Origin: Pristiophorus japonicus
Lineage: Eukaryota
Assembly (NCBI RefSeq): GCF_044704955.1
Contig: NC_091993.1
Location: forward strand, 7,688,001 to 7,752,000
Direction of reading: 5' to 3'
DNA length: 64,000 nucleotides
The translations under genes and the position numbers were made by a program. The notes beneath the pieces were generated by a model. The model had not been told where the DNA came from and did not search any database. It saw only the letters and a program-made list of their open reading frames with translations. Shown piece after piece: positions 24,801 to 36,800 of the stretch (position 1 is the first letter of the stretch; every line of letters begins with the position of its first letter).

Positions 24801-27800
24801 TGATTACATTTTGTACCTGTGCGCTAGCTTTTAGCGATTTCTGTACAAGGACACCCAAATCCCTTTGCTTCTCCACAGCTCCTTCTCTCACCTTTAAGGA
24901 AATATTCTAATTTGTCTTTCTCGGATCCAAAAGTGGATGATCTCGCACTTCCCCACATTGAACTCCATTCCGCTGCATTTTTGCCCACTCACTTAGCCTG
25001 TCTATGTCACTTTGTAACTTCCTGCTTCCATCTACACAAGTTACTGAGCTTCCTAACTTAATGTCACCTGCAAACCAAGATAGATAACTCTATGTTCCTT
25101 CATCCAAGTCATTAATATATATATGATGTCTCCTACCTCCCGACCAATGTCCAACCCAAGTAATAAGGGTCTCATTTTTGCTAATAATCTCTTGTGTGGA
25201 ACCATAGCATAAGAATTAGGAGCAGGTGTAGGCTGATGTTTTACCTAAACACTTTCCTGCACTATGCCCATCTCCCTTCATTCCCTTAATATCCAAAAAT
25301 CTATCGATCTCTGCCTTGAATATACTCAAAGACTGAGCCTTCACAGCCCCCTGAGGTAGAGAATTCCAAAGATTCACCACCCTCTGAGTGAAGGAGTTTC
25401 TCCTCATCTCAGTTCTCATATCAAATGGCTTCTGGAAGTCCATTGAGATAACATCGATAAACATTTTGTTATCTACCTTATTGGTGACCTCCTCAAAAAA
25501 AGCAATTTAATGCAGGTCAGAATATGTGCAACAGAGTTTATGGATGTTGGAGGCTTGCAAGGAAAGCATTAGAGTATTTGAGTCTAGGGGTGCCAAATTC
25601 ATGTATAAGTGCTTCAGTCACAGAAGAACTTCATTATAGGTGATGGCAGGTCATGTTGCAGAGGTGGCAGCAAGTGGTTTTGGTGATAGACAGGATGTGG
25701 AGTTTGCAGCTTATCCTTGAAGAGGAATCCAGGATCCTGACAAACACTGTAGGTGGAACTTTAAATAAATGATTATGTTTGTGTGAAATTGTAGATGTAA
25801 AGTACTTATGTATGTTAATTTCACCCACTGTTGTAGGCAATTAATATACCTGTACCTTTGCGCAAGCCTGGTGCAGCTGGAGGGAGTTTCAAAAAAAGCT
25901 GCTCCCGAGCAATGGAGGCAGCTCGAGTCTGGAGCAGCGGGAGGCAGCTCGAGTCTTGAGCAATGGAGGCAGCTCGAGCCTGCAGCAGCGGGGAGGGAGT
26001 TTCAAAAAAAGCTGCTCACTAGCAATGGAGGCAGCTCGAGTCTGGAGCAGCGGGAGGCAGCTCGAGTCTTGAGCAATGGAGGTAGCTCGAGCCTGCAGCA
26101 GCGGGGAGGGAGTTTCAAAAAAAGCTGCTCACTAGCAATGGAGGCAGCTCAAGTCTGGAGCAGCAGGAGGCAGCTCGAGTCTGGAGCTATGGGAGGCAGC
26201 TCGAATCTTAAGCAACGGAGGCAGCTCGAGTCTTGAGTCTCAACAGACCTGTCAAGGGGACAAAATGAGAAATTAAAAATAATGAAATTATGACATCACA
26301 AAGATGGAGGACAGTGATTTGGTTCTTCCAAATTAATTGAATCATTGGACAGGGAATGAATATTAAAGAAAGCTAAAAATTGACTTAATTTGCCGCAATT
26401 GCTGATTTTCTAATTTTAACTTAATTTATAATTATGGTATATATTATTTAATTTTGTTTAATTATAATTAATCTTTATTGTACTGGTTTTACTATTGTAA
26501 ACTCCTTATTGTATTATTTACAATGTAATTTGAATTTCTTTATTTTAGTTTTATCGCCTGTGTCTATCTGTGTGGGCATTTTGGCTGCCGCTTCAGCCTC
26601 AAGCCTTTAACCTCTTTTTACACTTCCTTCTCACGCTTTTTCTCTCTTTCCCTCAAAGGTCATTATCTAACGTGTTGTAAAATTGTTGTGAAGCGCCTTG
26701 GAACGTTTTACTACGTTAAAGGTGCTATATAAATAAAAGTTATTTTTATTTATTATTATTACCTTAAATGCTTTCGTTATAGCCAATAAAATCAGCCGCA
26801 CTTGATGAAATCTTCCCATACGTTTCAAAGAACGTAAAGCTCTGAAGATTCGGATAACTTTTAAAAAGTGGAGTTCAATACTGGTTTTGAGCTGAAATGA
26901 GTTGACGATCTCTGGAATTAAAGACTGGTTACAAAAGTGAATCAGAAAAATTATGAGTTTGAGACACATTGCGATTCTTTTCAACCCACCTTAGTTTTTG
27001 ATAGAGCAGAATAATGTGAACATAATTGTTGCATATCTTACAAGAACTTCACAATTTTGCACAGATAAAAAGGTTCTACTTCCAATATTGGCCAATATTT
27101 ATCACTCTATCAACATAACAAAATATAGATTATCTTGTCATTATCACATTGCTGTTTGTGGGAGCTTGCTGTTGCACAAGTTGGCTGCCGCGTTTCCGAC
27201 ATTACAACAGTGACTACTCTTCAAAAATACTTCATTGGCTGTAAAGCACTTTGAGATGCCCGGTGGTCATGAAAGGCGCTATATAAATGCAAGTCTTTAT
27301 TTCTTTCTTTCCACAACCCAGTTCCAATTCTTTCTCAGCCCTTGCCTGCTCCCTCCAATAAACCAACTCCAGAACCTATCTTTCTGCCCTAAGTCTCCCA
27401 AGTCCTCTCAGCCCAAACCCCTGCCCCTTTCCAGCCCCAATTTCTCTCTTACTTGCACATGTTCCAGGAGATTCTTGATACCCTTTCCATGTTCAATCCC
27501 AGGAACAACCTTTGACTTGTTACATATTGGTTGCCATTAAAGAAAATACAGCAGTGAAATGAGAGAAACAGAAGACAAAATTCTTCAGGGCTGATTACCA
27601 AACCCGGTAATTTTTATAAAGCGATTAAACTAGAAAGGACGGCGGGGCAAGAGAAAACCGGATTCTAGAGGAGGAAAATTGTAGGGTAGAAGGTAGTCAA
27701 CTGGGGAGTATGGATAATATTAACCAAAGTGAAATACATGATTGAGAGACCAGGAAATAAACAGACACCAAGCAACATGAAAAGGGGAACATCGATAAAC

Positions 27801-30800
27801 TATATCTCTACGAATGCTGGAAGAAAAATGCTAGAATTGGACACTGTGAAGGCAATAGAGAACTATGATGTAGGAGGAATAACAAAAATGTAGTAGAGTA
27901 TTTGAAATAAATACTCAACACCAGGTGTACATTCGAAGATTCAAGCAATTTTTTTATTTGCACCGGTGAGGAGGTGACCTGCTATGGGTCTAGCCAGGTC
28001 ACTGACCAACGTTTCAAACAACCTTTTATATGCTTAATCATACATGTCCAGCCTCATGCATGATCCCTTGGCACAATTTGATTAGTCTAAAGCCTGCGTG
28101 CACACTGGCTGATTGGTTACTTCCCTTCCGCGTCATATAATCACCTGCCTATGTTTTATGCCTAGCTCGCATAACAGTAAAGTACCGCCTCCATTACCGA
28201 AGAAGCGTATGACTGATGTGACCACAATCTGTTGTTGCTACTAGGACCCTGTTAACGTTGCACCTCTGCCCCATTGTTCTGCTTTCCTGCCCTCCTAGGC
28301 TCCTGTGGTTCAATCTCCAAGTCACACAGCTTACATCCGATAGTCATTGCAAAGTCAACATGTTATTCCTAATGTTATCGCAACTGCCCATGAAGCAACC
28401 TGAAAAGCTGACCACTGCAAAAGCCTATTAGTTCATTTGAGTCCTGAGTCCCATTCTTGACCCTTTAATTATAGCAGAGCTCAAAAGCCCCATTTCAAAA
28501 AGCATGGCTAAATTGAGAGAATGGAAATGGATTTAACATTCCAAGGTGTTCAGAAAACATAGAAACATAGAAACATAGAAAATAGGTGCAGGAGTAGGCC
28601 ATTCGGCCCTTCTAGCCTGCACCGCCATTCAATGAGTTCATGGCTGAACATGCAACTTCAGTACCCCATTCCTGCTTTCTCGCCATACCCCTTGATTCCC
28701 CTAGTAGTAAGGACTTCATCTAACTCCTTTTTGAATATATTTAGTGAATTGGCCTCAACAACTTTCTGTGGTAGAGAATTCCACAGGTTCACCACTCTCT
28801 GGGTGAAGAAATTCCTCCTCATCTCGGTCCTAAATGGCTTCCCCCTTATCCTTAGACTGTGTCCCCTGGTTCTGGACTTCCCCAACATTGGGAACATTCT
28901 TCCTGCATCTAACCTGTCTAACCCCGTCAGAATTTTAAACGTTTCTATGAGGTCCCCTCTCATTCTTCTGAACTCCAGTGAATACAAGCCCAGTTGATCC
29001 AGTCTTTCTTGATAGGTCAGTTCCGCCATCCCGGGAATCAGTCTGGTGAACCTTTGCTGCACTTCCTCAATAGCAAGAATGTCCTTCCTCAGGTTAGGAG
29101 ACCAAAACTGTACACAATACTCCAGGTGTGGCCTCACCAAGGCCCTGTACAATTGTAGCAACACCTCCCTGCCCCTGTACTCAAATCCCCTCGCTATGAA
29201 GGCCAACATGCCATTTGCTTTCTTAACCGCCTGCTGTACCTGCATGCCAACCTTCAATGACTGATGTACCATGACACCCAGGTCTCTTTGCACCTGCCCT
29301 TTTCCTAATCTGTCACCATTCAGATAATAGTCTGTCTCTCTGTTTTTACCACCAAAGTGGATAACCTCACATTTATCCACATTATACTTCATCTGTCATG
29401 CATTTGCCCACTCACCTAACCTATCCAAGTCGCTCTGCAGATTGGGCAGATTGGGCAGAAAAGGAGGCGGTGTAGGTCATATGCATCAAGGACACTGGGA
29501 CGTAAATGAAGTTGATCCTATGGGAGGTACCATGCTGCACAGTGAACGACTTTCGTTGGACAATTCAAAAATGAAAAGAATCCAAGCCTCGGGATATGTT
29601 GCAGACTTCCAGGTCAGCATAAGAAGGAGTGCAGTTTGCGCTACAAAGCGATAGGAAGGGTATGTGAGAAGAGACAAGTTATTTTACTGTTTTTTCAATC
29701 AACCCAAATATAAATTGGGAAAAACTCGAGTGGTTTAGAGTCAGAGTCGATAAATGTAACGTGTGTCAAGGCAGCCAGGAAAGGCAGTGCTCAATGTGAC
29801 CTGGTATTCACTAATGCCCCTAGTAACAAATAGGAACACTCTGGAAGACAGCGACCACAGAATGATCAAGTTCAACATGATCCATTGGTCGGGTATACCC
29901 AAGACCAGAAGTCAGTCGATAAATTTAAAAGGGTTAAATTCAAAGAAATGATGGAACAACTATTTTAAAAAGGAGGCAGACAAAAAGCAGGAAACTGTAG
30001 ACCAGTTAGCCTAACATCTGTGGTTGGGAAAATGTTGGAGTCCACTATTAAAGAAGCAGTAGCAGGACATTTGGAAAAGCATAATTCAGTCAGGCAGAGT
30101 CAGCATGGATTTATGAAGGGGAAGTCATGTTCGAGAAATTTGCTGGAATTCTTTGAGGATGTAACGAACAGGGTGGATAAAGGGGAACCAGTGGATGTGG
30201 TGTATTTGGATTTCCAGATGGCATTTGACAAGGTGCCACATAAAAGGTTACTGCACAAGATAAAAGTGCACGGGGTTGGGGGTAATATATGGATAAAGGA
30301 TTGGCTAACTAACATAAAACAGAGAGTCGGGATAAATGGTTCATTCTCGGGTTGGCAATCAGTAACCAGTGGGGTGCCACAGGGATCAGTGCTGGGACCC
30401 CAACTATTTACAATCTATATTAACGACTTGGAAGAAGGGATTGCTGATGATACAAAGATGGGAGGAAAAGCAATGTGTGAGGAGGACACACAAAATCTGC
30501 AAAAGGACATAGACAGGCTAAGTGAGTGGGCAAAAATTTGGAAGATGGAGTATAATGTTGGAAAGTGTGAGGTCATGCACTTTAGCAGAAAAAAATCAAA
30601 GAGCAAGTTATTATTTAAATGGAGGAAGATTGCAAAGTGCTGCAGTACATTGGGAGTGACCTGGGGGTCCTTGTGCATGAAACACAAAAGGTTAGAATGC
30701 AGGTACAGCAAGTGATCAGGAAGGCCAATGGAATCTTGGCCTTTATTGCAAAGGGGATGGAGTATAAAAGCAGGGAAGTCTTGCTACAGTTAGACAGGGT

Positions 30801-33800
30801 ATTGGTGAGGCCACACCTGGAATACTGCGTGCAGTTTTGGTTTCCATATTTATGAAAGCATATTCTTGCTTTGGAGGCAGTTCAGAAAAGGTTCACCAGG
30901 ATGATTCCGGAGATGAGTGGGTTGATTTATGAGGAAAGGTTGAGTAGGTTGGGCCTCTACTCATTGGAATTCAGAAGAATGAGAGGTGATCTTATCAAAA
31001 CGTATAAGATTATGAGGGGGCTTGACAAGGTGGATGCAGAGAGGATGTTTCCACTGGTGAGGGAGACTAGAACTAGAGGGCATAATCTTAGAATATGGGG
31101 CCGCCCATTTAAAACTGAGATAAGGAGAAATTTATTTTCTCAGAGGGTTGTAAATCTGTGGAATTCATTGCCTCAGAGAGCTGTGGAAGCTGGGACATTG
31201 AATACATTTAAGACAGAAATAGACATTTGTTAAACGATAAGATGTTATGGGGAGCGGGCAGGGAAGTGGACCTGAGTCCATAATCAGATCAGCCATGATC
31301 GTATTAAATGGTGGAGCAGGCTCAAGGGGCTGTATGGCCTACTCCTGCTCCTATTTCTAACGTTCTTATGTTCTTATGTAACTAAAGGAAATAAATTGGG
31401 ATTAGTTGCTCAACAACTAGGGTAGAGACAAATGGAACTCCTTCAAAGATATAATCCTGAGCATAAAGGATAAATACATCCTTAAAACCAACAAGCTCAG
31501 ACTAAACAAACATGACACTGAGTAGATAAACAAAACAAATTCAATTGAAACAAATAGCTGCTACTAATCCTGGAAGGAAAAGGGGAAAGGGGTTCACTAA
31601 GATGCATATAAGAAAATGAAGAAACATGTTAAAGAATGATCAGAAAGCAAAGAGAAAACTTAGGAAAAAAAAGCATTGCAGCAGAGACGAAACAACAGTA
31701 AACAATTCTGTCATGTATTTAACTATCATTGTAACCCATGTATAAAGCTGACCTAACTTATACACCTTGAGAACATTGATCACAGGGGGCGAACTTGTGG
31801 GAGACACTCCTAACCTGGACTTTCCGGTATAAAAGAGGAAGCTCCACCCACCTTCAGTCCCTTGTGGTCTTGGTAATAAAGGTAACTGGTCACAGAGTGA
31901 CCTTCTCTCAAGTATGGGCGTCGTGTGCATTTATACTGTATAGTAAGGACATATTATTGGCGACGAGAAACTGGGATTTAAACCATGCGAGCATGGCCAC
32001 TAACAGCACAGAAGAGAGGTACTGTGTTGGTAATGACTGGGACGACTTTATTGAGAGACTACAGCAAAGTTTTGTCACTAAGGAATGGTTGGGACAGGAT
32101 CCGGCCGACAAACGCAGGGCTCATCTCCTGACGGTGTTTGGATCCAGGACATACTCCCTGATGAAGGACCTTCTAGCGCCAGAGAAGCCGGCGGACAAGA
32201 CGTTCGAAGAGCTCAGTAAGTTGATCAGGGAACACCTTAAACCGGCGAGCAGCATGCACATGGCGAGACACCGGTTTTACACGCACTGGCGGCGAGAAGG
32301 GCAAAGCGTTCCAGACATCGTGGCAGATCTCCGGCAACTGGCGAGCCTATGTAAGTTCCCAGATGCATGCAGAGCGGAGATGCTGCGAGACTTTTTTATT
32401 GAGGACAACGGGCACGTTGGGGATTTCAGGAAACTTATTGAGACCAAAGACTTGACCTTGGAAGCGGCGGCTCTGATAGCCCAGATAATTATCTCAGGGG
32501 AGGAAGAGACCAGAATGATTTATGGCAAAAATCTTGGCTCAAATGTAGCAAACGACCAGGGAGCCAACATTGTTAACGTGGCATACAGTTCTCTAGGCAG
32601 ACAAGGGCAATCGGACATGCACCAGCATGTAGTCGAACCCAAAGGGGGATTTCAACAGAGACAATGGCGAGCTGAACGACAATTCATGCCATCGCAATGG
32701 ACAATGTGGCCAGTAATGGTGCCATCAACACCTGTTAATGGTGCGCTTAAGGACAGTTACAGAGATAGTCAGAGACGATCGACTAGTAATGGACCTTTAG
32801 TTTCCAACAATGGGGCCTCTAGCTCATGCTGGAGGTATGGAGGCAAACACCCAGCCAGAGCTTGCAGGTATCAGCAATATACCTGCAGAAACTGCAACGT
32901 CAGCAGTCACTTGGCGCGTATGTGCAGGAAGCCTGCAGCCAGGTTGATGTACGAGGAGGACGGGCCCGATGTAAGCCCTACAAGGCCAAATGAATACTGG
33001 GGGAAATCGCTGGAAGCTGAAGTTCAGCGAGTTCATGTGGAGCACATGTACAGTTCATATACCAGGACGCCACCGATAATGGTGAAAGTGCTCCTCAATG
33101 GCATCCCAGTATTAATGGAGCTAGACACGGGGGCCAGCCAGTCCCTGATGAGTATCAAACAGTTCGAAAGGTTGTGGGTGTCCAAGGCCAGGAGGCCAAA
33201 ATTATTGCGATTGACGCATGCTACGGACATATACAAAGAAGATCATTCCGGTGCTAGGCAGCGCCATGGTAGTCGTGACCCACAAAGATTCGGAGAACAT
33301 GTTGCCACTCTGGATTGTCCCAGGGGACAGTCCCACACTACTGGAGAGGAGTTGGCTTGCTGTCATGAACTGGAAATGGGACGATGTCAATGCAATTTCT
33401 TCTGTGGAGCGAGTATCATGCTCACAGGTCCTGGACAAATTTGACTCATATTTCAACCCGGCATTGGCACTTTCATGGGGACCAAGGTAGTGATTCACAT
33501 AAACCTGGAAGCCAGGCCAGTACACCTCAAGGCCAGAGCGGTACTGAACGTGATGCGGGAAAAGGTAGAATGCGAATTGGACCGCCTGCTGAGGGAAGGC
33601 ATCATCTCGCCAGTCGAATTCAGTGACTGGGCGAGCCCGATTGTGCTGGTGCTCAAGGTGGATGGGTCAGTCAGGATATGTGGCGATTACAAGGACACCA
33701 TCAATCGGGTGTCACTCCAAGACCAGTACCCGCTACCGAGAGCGGAGGACCTCTTTGCGATGCTATCCGGTGGCAAACTTTTTTCAAAATAGGACCGGAC

Positions 33801-36800
33801 CTCAGCTTACATGACCCAAGAGCTGGCGAGTGAATCGAAGAAGCTGACCACCATCACGACACACAAGGGGTTGTTTGAGTAAAACAGATGTTCGTTCGGG
33901 ATTCGTTCGGCCGCCGCGATCTTTCAGCGAAATATGGAAAGCCTCCTCAAGTCGATTCCAAGGGCGGTGGTTTTTCAGGACGACATCCTCCTCATGGGTC
34001 GCGATACTGGAGAACACCTTCACAACCTGGAGGAGGTGCTACGCAGACTGGACCGGGTAGGGCTGCGACTGAAAAAGGCGAAGTGCGTCTTCTTAGCTCC
34101 AGAGGTAGAATTCCTGGAAGGAGCGTAGCAGCAGACGGGATCAAACCTGCTGCGTCCAAAACGGAAGCGATCCAGAGAGCACCCAGACACCGTAACACAA
34201 CGGAGCTGCGTTCGTTCCTGGGGCTCCTGAACTATTTTGGCAACTTTCTTCCCAAATTGAGCACGCTGTTGGAGCTGTTACACGTGCTCCTACGCAAAGG
34301 TCGCGATTGGGTCTGGGAGGACAGCCAGGGAAGGACTTTTGATAGAGCACGCAATTTGTTATGCTCCAACAAACTGTTAACATTATATGACCTGTGTAAG
34401 AAACTAGTTTTAACGTGCGATGCGTCGTCCTATGGGGTCGGTTGTGTGTTGCAGCATGTGAATGCCAATGGTCAGTTACAGCCGGTAGCTTATGTCTCCA
34501 GAAGTCTGTCCTGGGCAGAAAGGGGCTACGGGATGGTAGAAAAGGAAGCGCTTGCATGTGTATATGCAGTAAAAAAAATGCACCAGTACCTGTTTGGCAG
34601 GAAGTTTGAGCTGGAGACAGATCACAAACCCCTAACGTCCCTTTTGGCCGACAACAAGGCCATAAATGCGAATGCATCGGCCCGCATACAGAGGTGGGCA
34701 CTCACGTTAGCTGCCTATGACTACACAATTCAGCACAGACCGGGCACTGAGAACTGTGTCGATGCACTCAGCAGGCTCCCACTAGCCACCACTGAGGGGG
34801 CAACTGAGGATGATGCTGAGATGGTCATGGCCGTTGAAGCTTTCGAAAGCGAAGGCTCACCTGTGACAGCCGTCAGATTTAAAGTCTGGACAAATAAAGA
34901 GCCGCTACTGTCTTTAGTTAAGAAATGTGTTCTGAATGGGGACTGGGCAGTCACGTACGGGACATGCCCTGAGGAGTTTAAACCATTTCTTCGGCGCAAG
35001 GATGAACTCTCGATTCAGGCCGATTGCCTACTGTGGGGAAACCGAGTAGTCATGCCCCAGAAGGGCAGAGAGGTGTTTATCAGAGAACTTCACAATGAGC
35101 ACCCGGGCATTGTCATGATGAAGGCAATTGCCAGGTCACACATTTGTCGGCCAGGGATAGATGCAGACCTGGAACTTTGTGTTCGCAGGTGCAACATGTG
35201 TGCTCAGCTGGGCAACGCACCCAGGGAAGCCCCCCTTTGCCCCTGGTCCTGGCCCGCCAAGCCATGGTCATGCATCCATGTGGACTACGCAGGTCCTTTC
35301 ATGGGAAAAATGTTTTTGGTTGTAGTAGACGCCTACTCCAAATGGATTGAGTGTGACATTCTCAATTCAAGCACATCCTCTGCCACGGTAGAAAGTCTAC
35401 GGGCAATGTTCACCGCCCATGGTCTACCAGACGCCTTGGTCAGCGACAATGGCCCGTGCTTCACAAGTACTGAATTCCAGGACATCATGGCAGGCAATGG
35501 AATCAACCATGTCAGAACAGCACCGTTCAAGCCAGCCTCAAATGGCCAGGTGGAACGAGCAGTGCAGATAATCAAACAGGGGATGCTCAGAATCCAAGGA
35601 AGTTCCCTACAAAGCCGCTTATCACACCTCCTGTTGGCCAATAGATCCCGACCACACTCACTCACAGGGACATGGATCCTCGACCATGGTCTGGAGGGCC
35701 AGGACCACAAACTTAGTGGTGCCTCTCTGGGCGCGTTGCTCAACTGAGCACACACGCTGCATTGCCGTACACAGGACTCGTAAGTCAGAGTCGATACCAG
35801 GCCACCACATGTGGGATCTGGCTATCGCTTTCATCATTACTATACCCGGGTGTGTGCTGTGGAAATCCGAGATGAACGTCTCCCTGCCCTTTTTGGGTAG
35901 CACTACGCGGTTACCCCACAACAGGCAGTCTGCCTGAATGAATAGCTCGTCCTTTCGCCGCTGGAACGGCTTGATTTGCTCTTGCATTTCAACGGGGATG
36001 CTGGCCCAGCTCCCATGCAGTACACAGCTTTTTTACGAGGGATAGTAGAGGATCTTGGCTGGTCCAAGTCCTAATCTGGCGGGCTATGATAGGTGACTTA
36101 TTATTTTCAAATGCTTCCATGGCCATCAACAAGTCTGTGGGCTGCGCCACCATCAACAAGTTTGCAGGCTGCGCCATTTCCATCCCCGTGGCGGGCAATG
36201 GTAGCCGACTGAGAACATCCACACAGTTCTCGGTGCTTGGCCTGTGGCGGATGGTATAGTTATACGCTGATAGCGCGAGTGCCCACCTTTGTATGCGGGC
36301 TGAGGCATGAGTATTTATCCCCTTGTTTTCAGCGAACAGGAATATGAGGGGCTTGTGATCGGTTTCCAGCTCAAATTTGAGGCCAAACAGGTACTGATGC
36401 ATTTTCTTTACCCCGAACGCACACGCTAATGCCTCTTTCTCAATCATGCTGTAGGCCCTCTTGGCCTTAGACAAGCTCGTGGAAGCATAGGCAACAGGTT
36501 GCAACTTCCCCGCAACGTTAGCTTGTTGTAAGACGCATCACATGCTAGCACAAGTCTTTTACACGGGTTATACAATACAAGCAGCTTGTTGGAGCATAAA
36601 ATGTTTCTGGCTTTCACAAAAGCAATTACTTGTTTTTTTCCCCATACCCAGTTCTCACCTTTATGCAATAACACATGTAGGGGCTCTAAGAGGGTGCTTA
36701 ACCCCTGTAGGAAGTTACCAAAATAGTTGAGGAGTCCCAAGAACGACCGCAGCTCCATGACGTTCTGTGGCCTGGGCGCGTTCCTGATAGCCTCTGTCTT

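Noticed and set aside
25872-26238. CRISPR-like repeat array
   Set aside because: Vertebrate context, no unique spacers and no cas genes; it is a simple tandem repeat.
33888-35755. 619-aa ORF and opposing 140-aa ORF as novel fusion genes
   Set aside because: Frameshifted Gypsy RNase H-integrase reading through the B/C deletion junction; upstream pol has stops.
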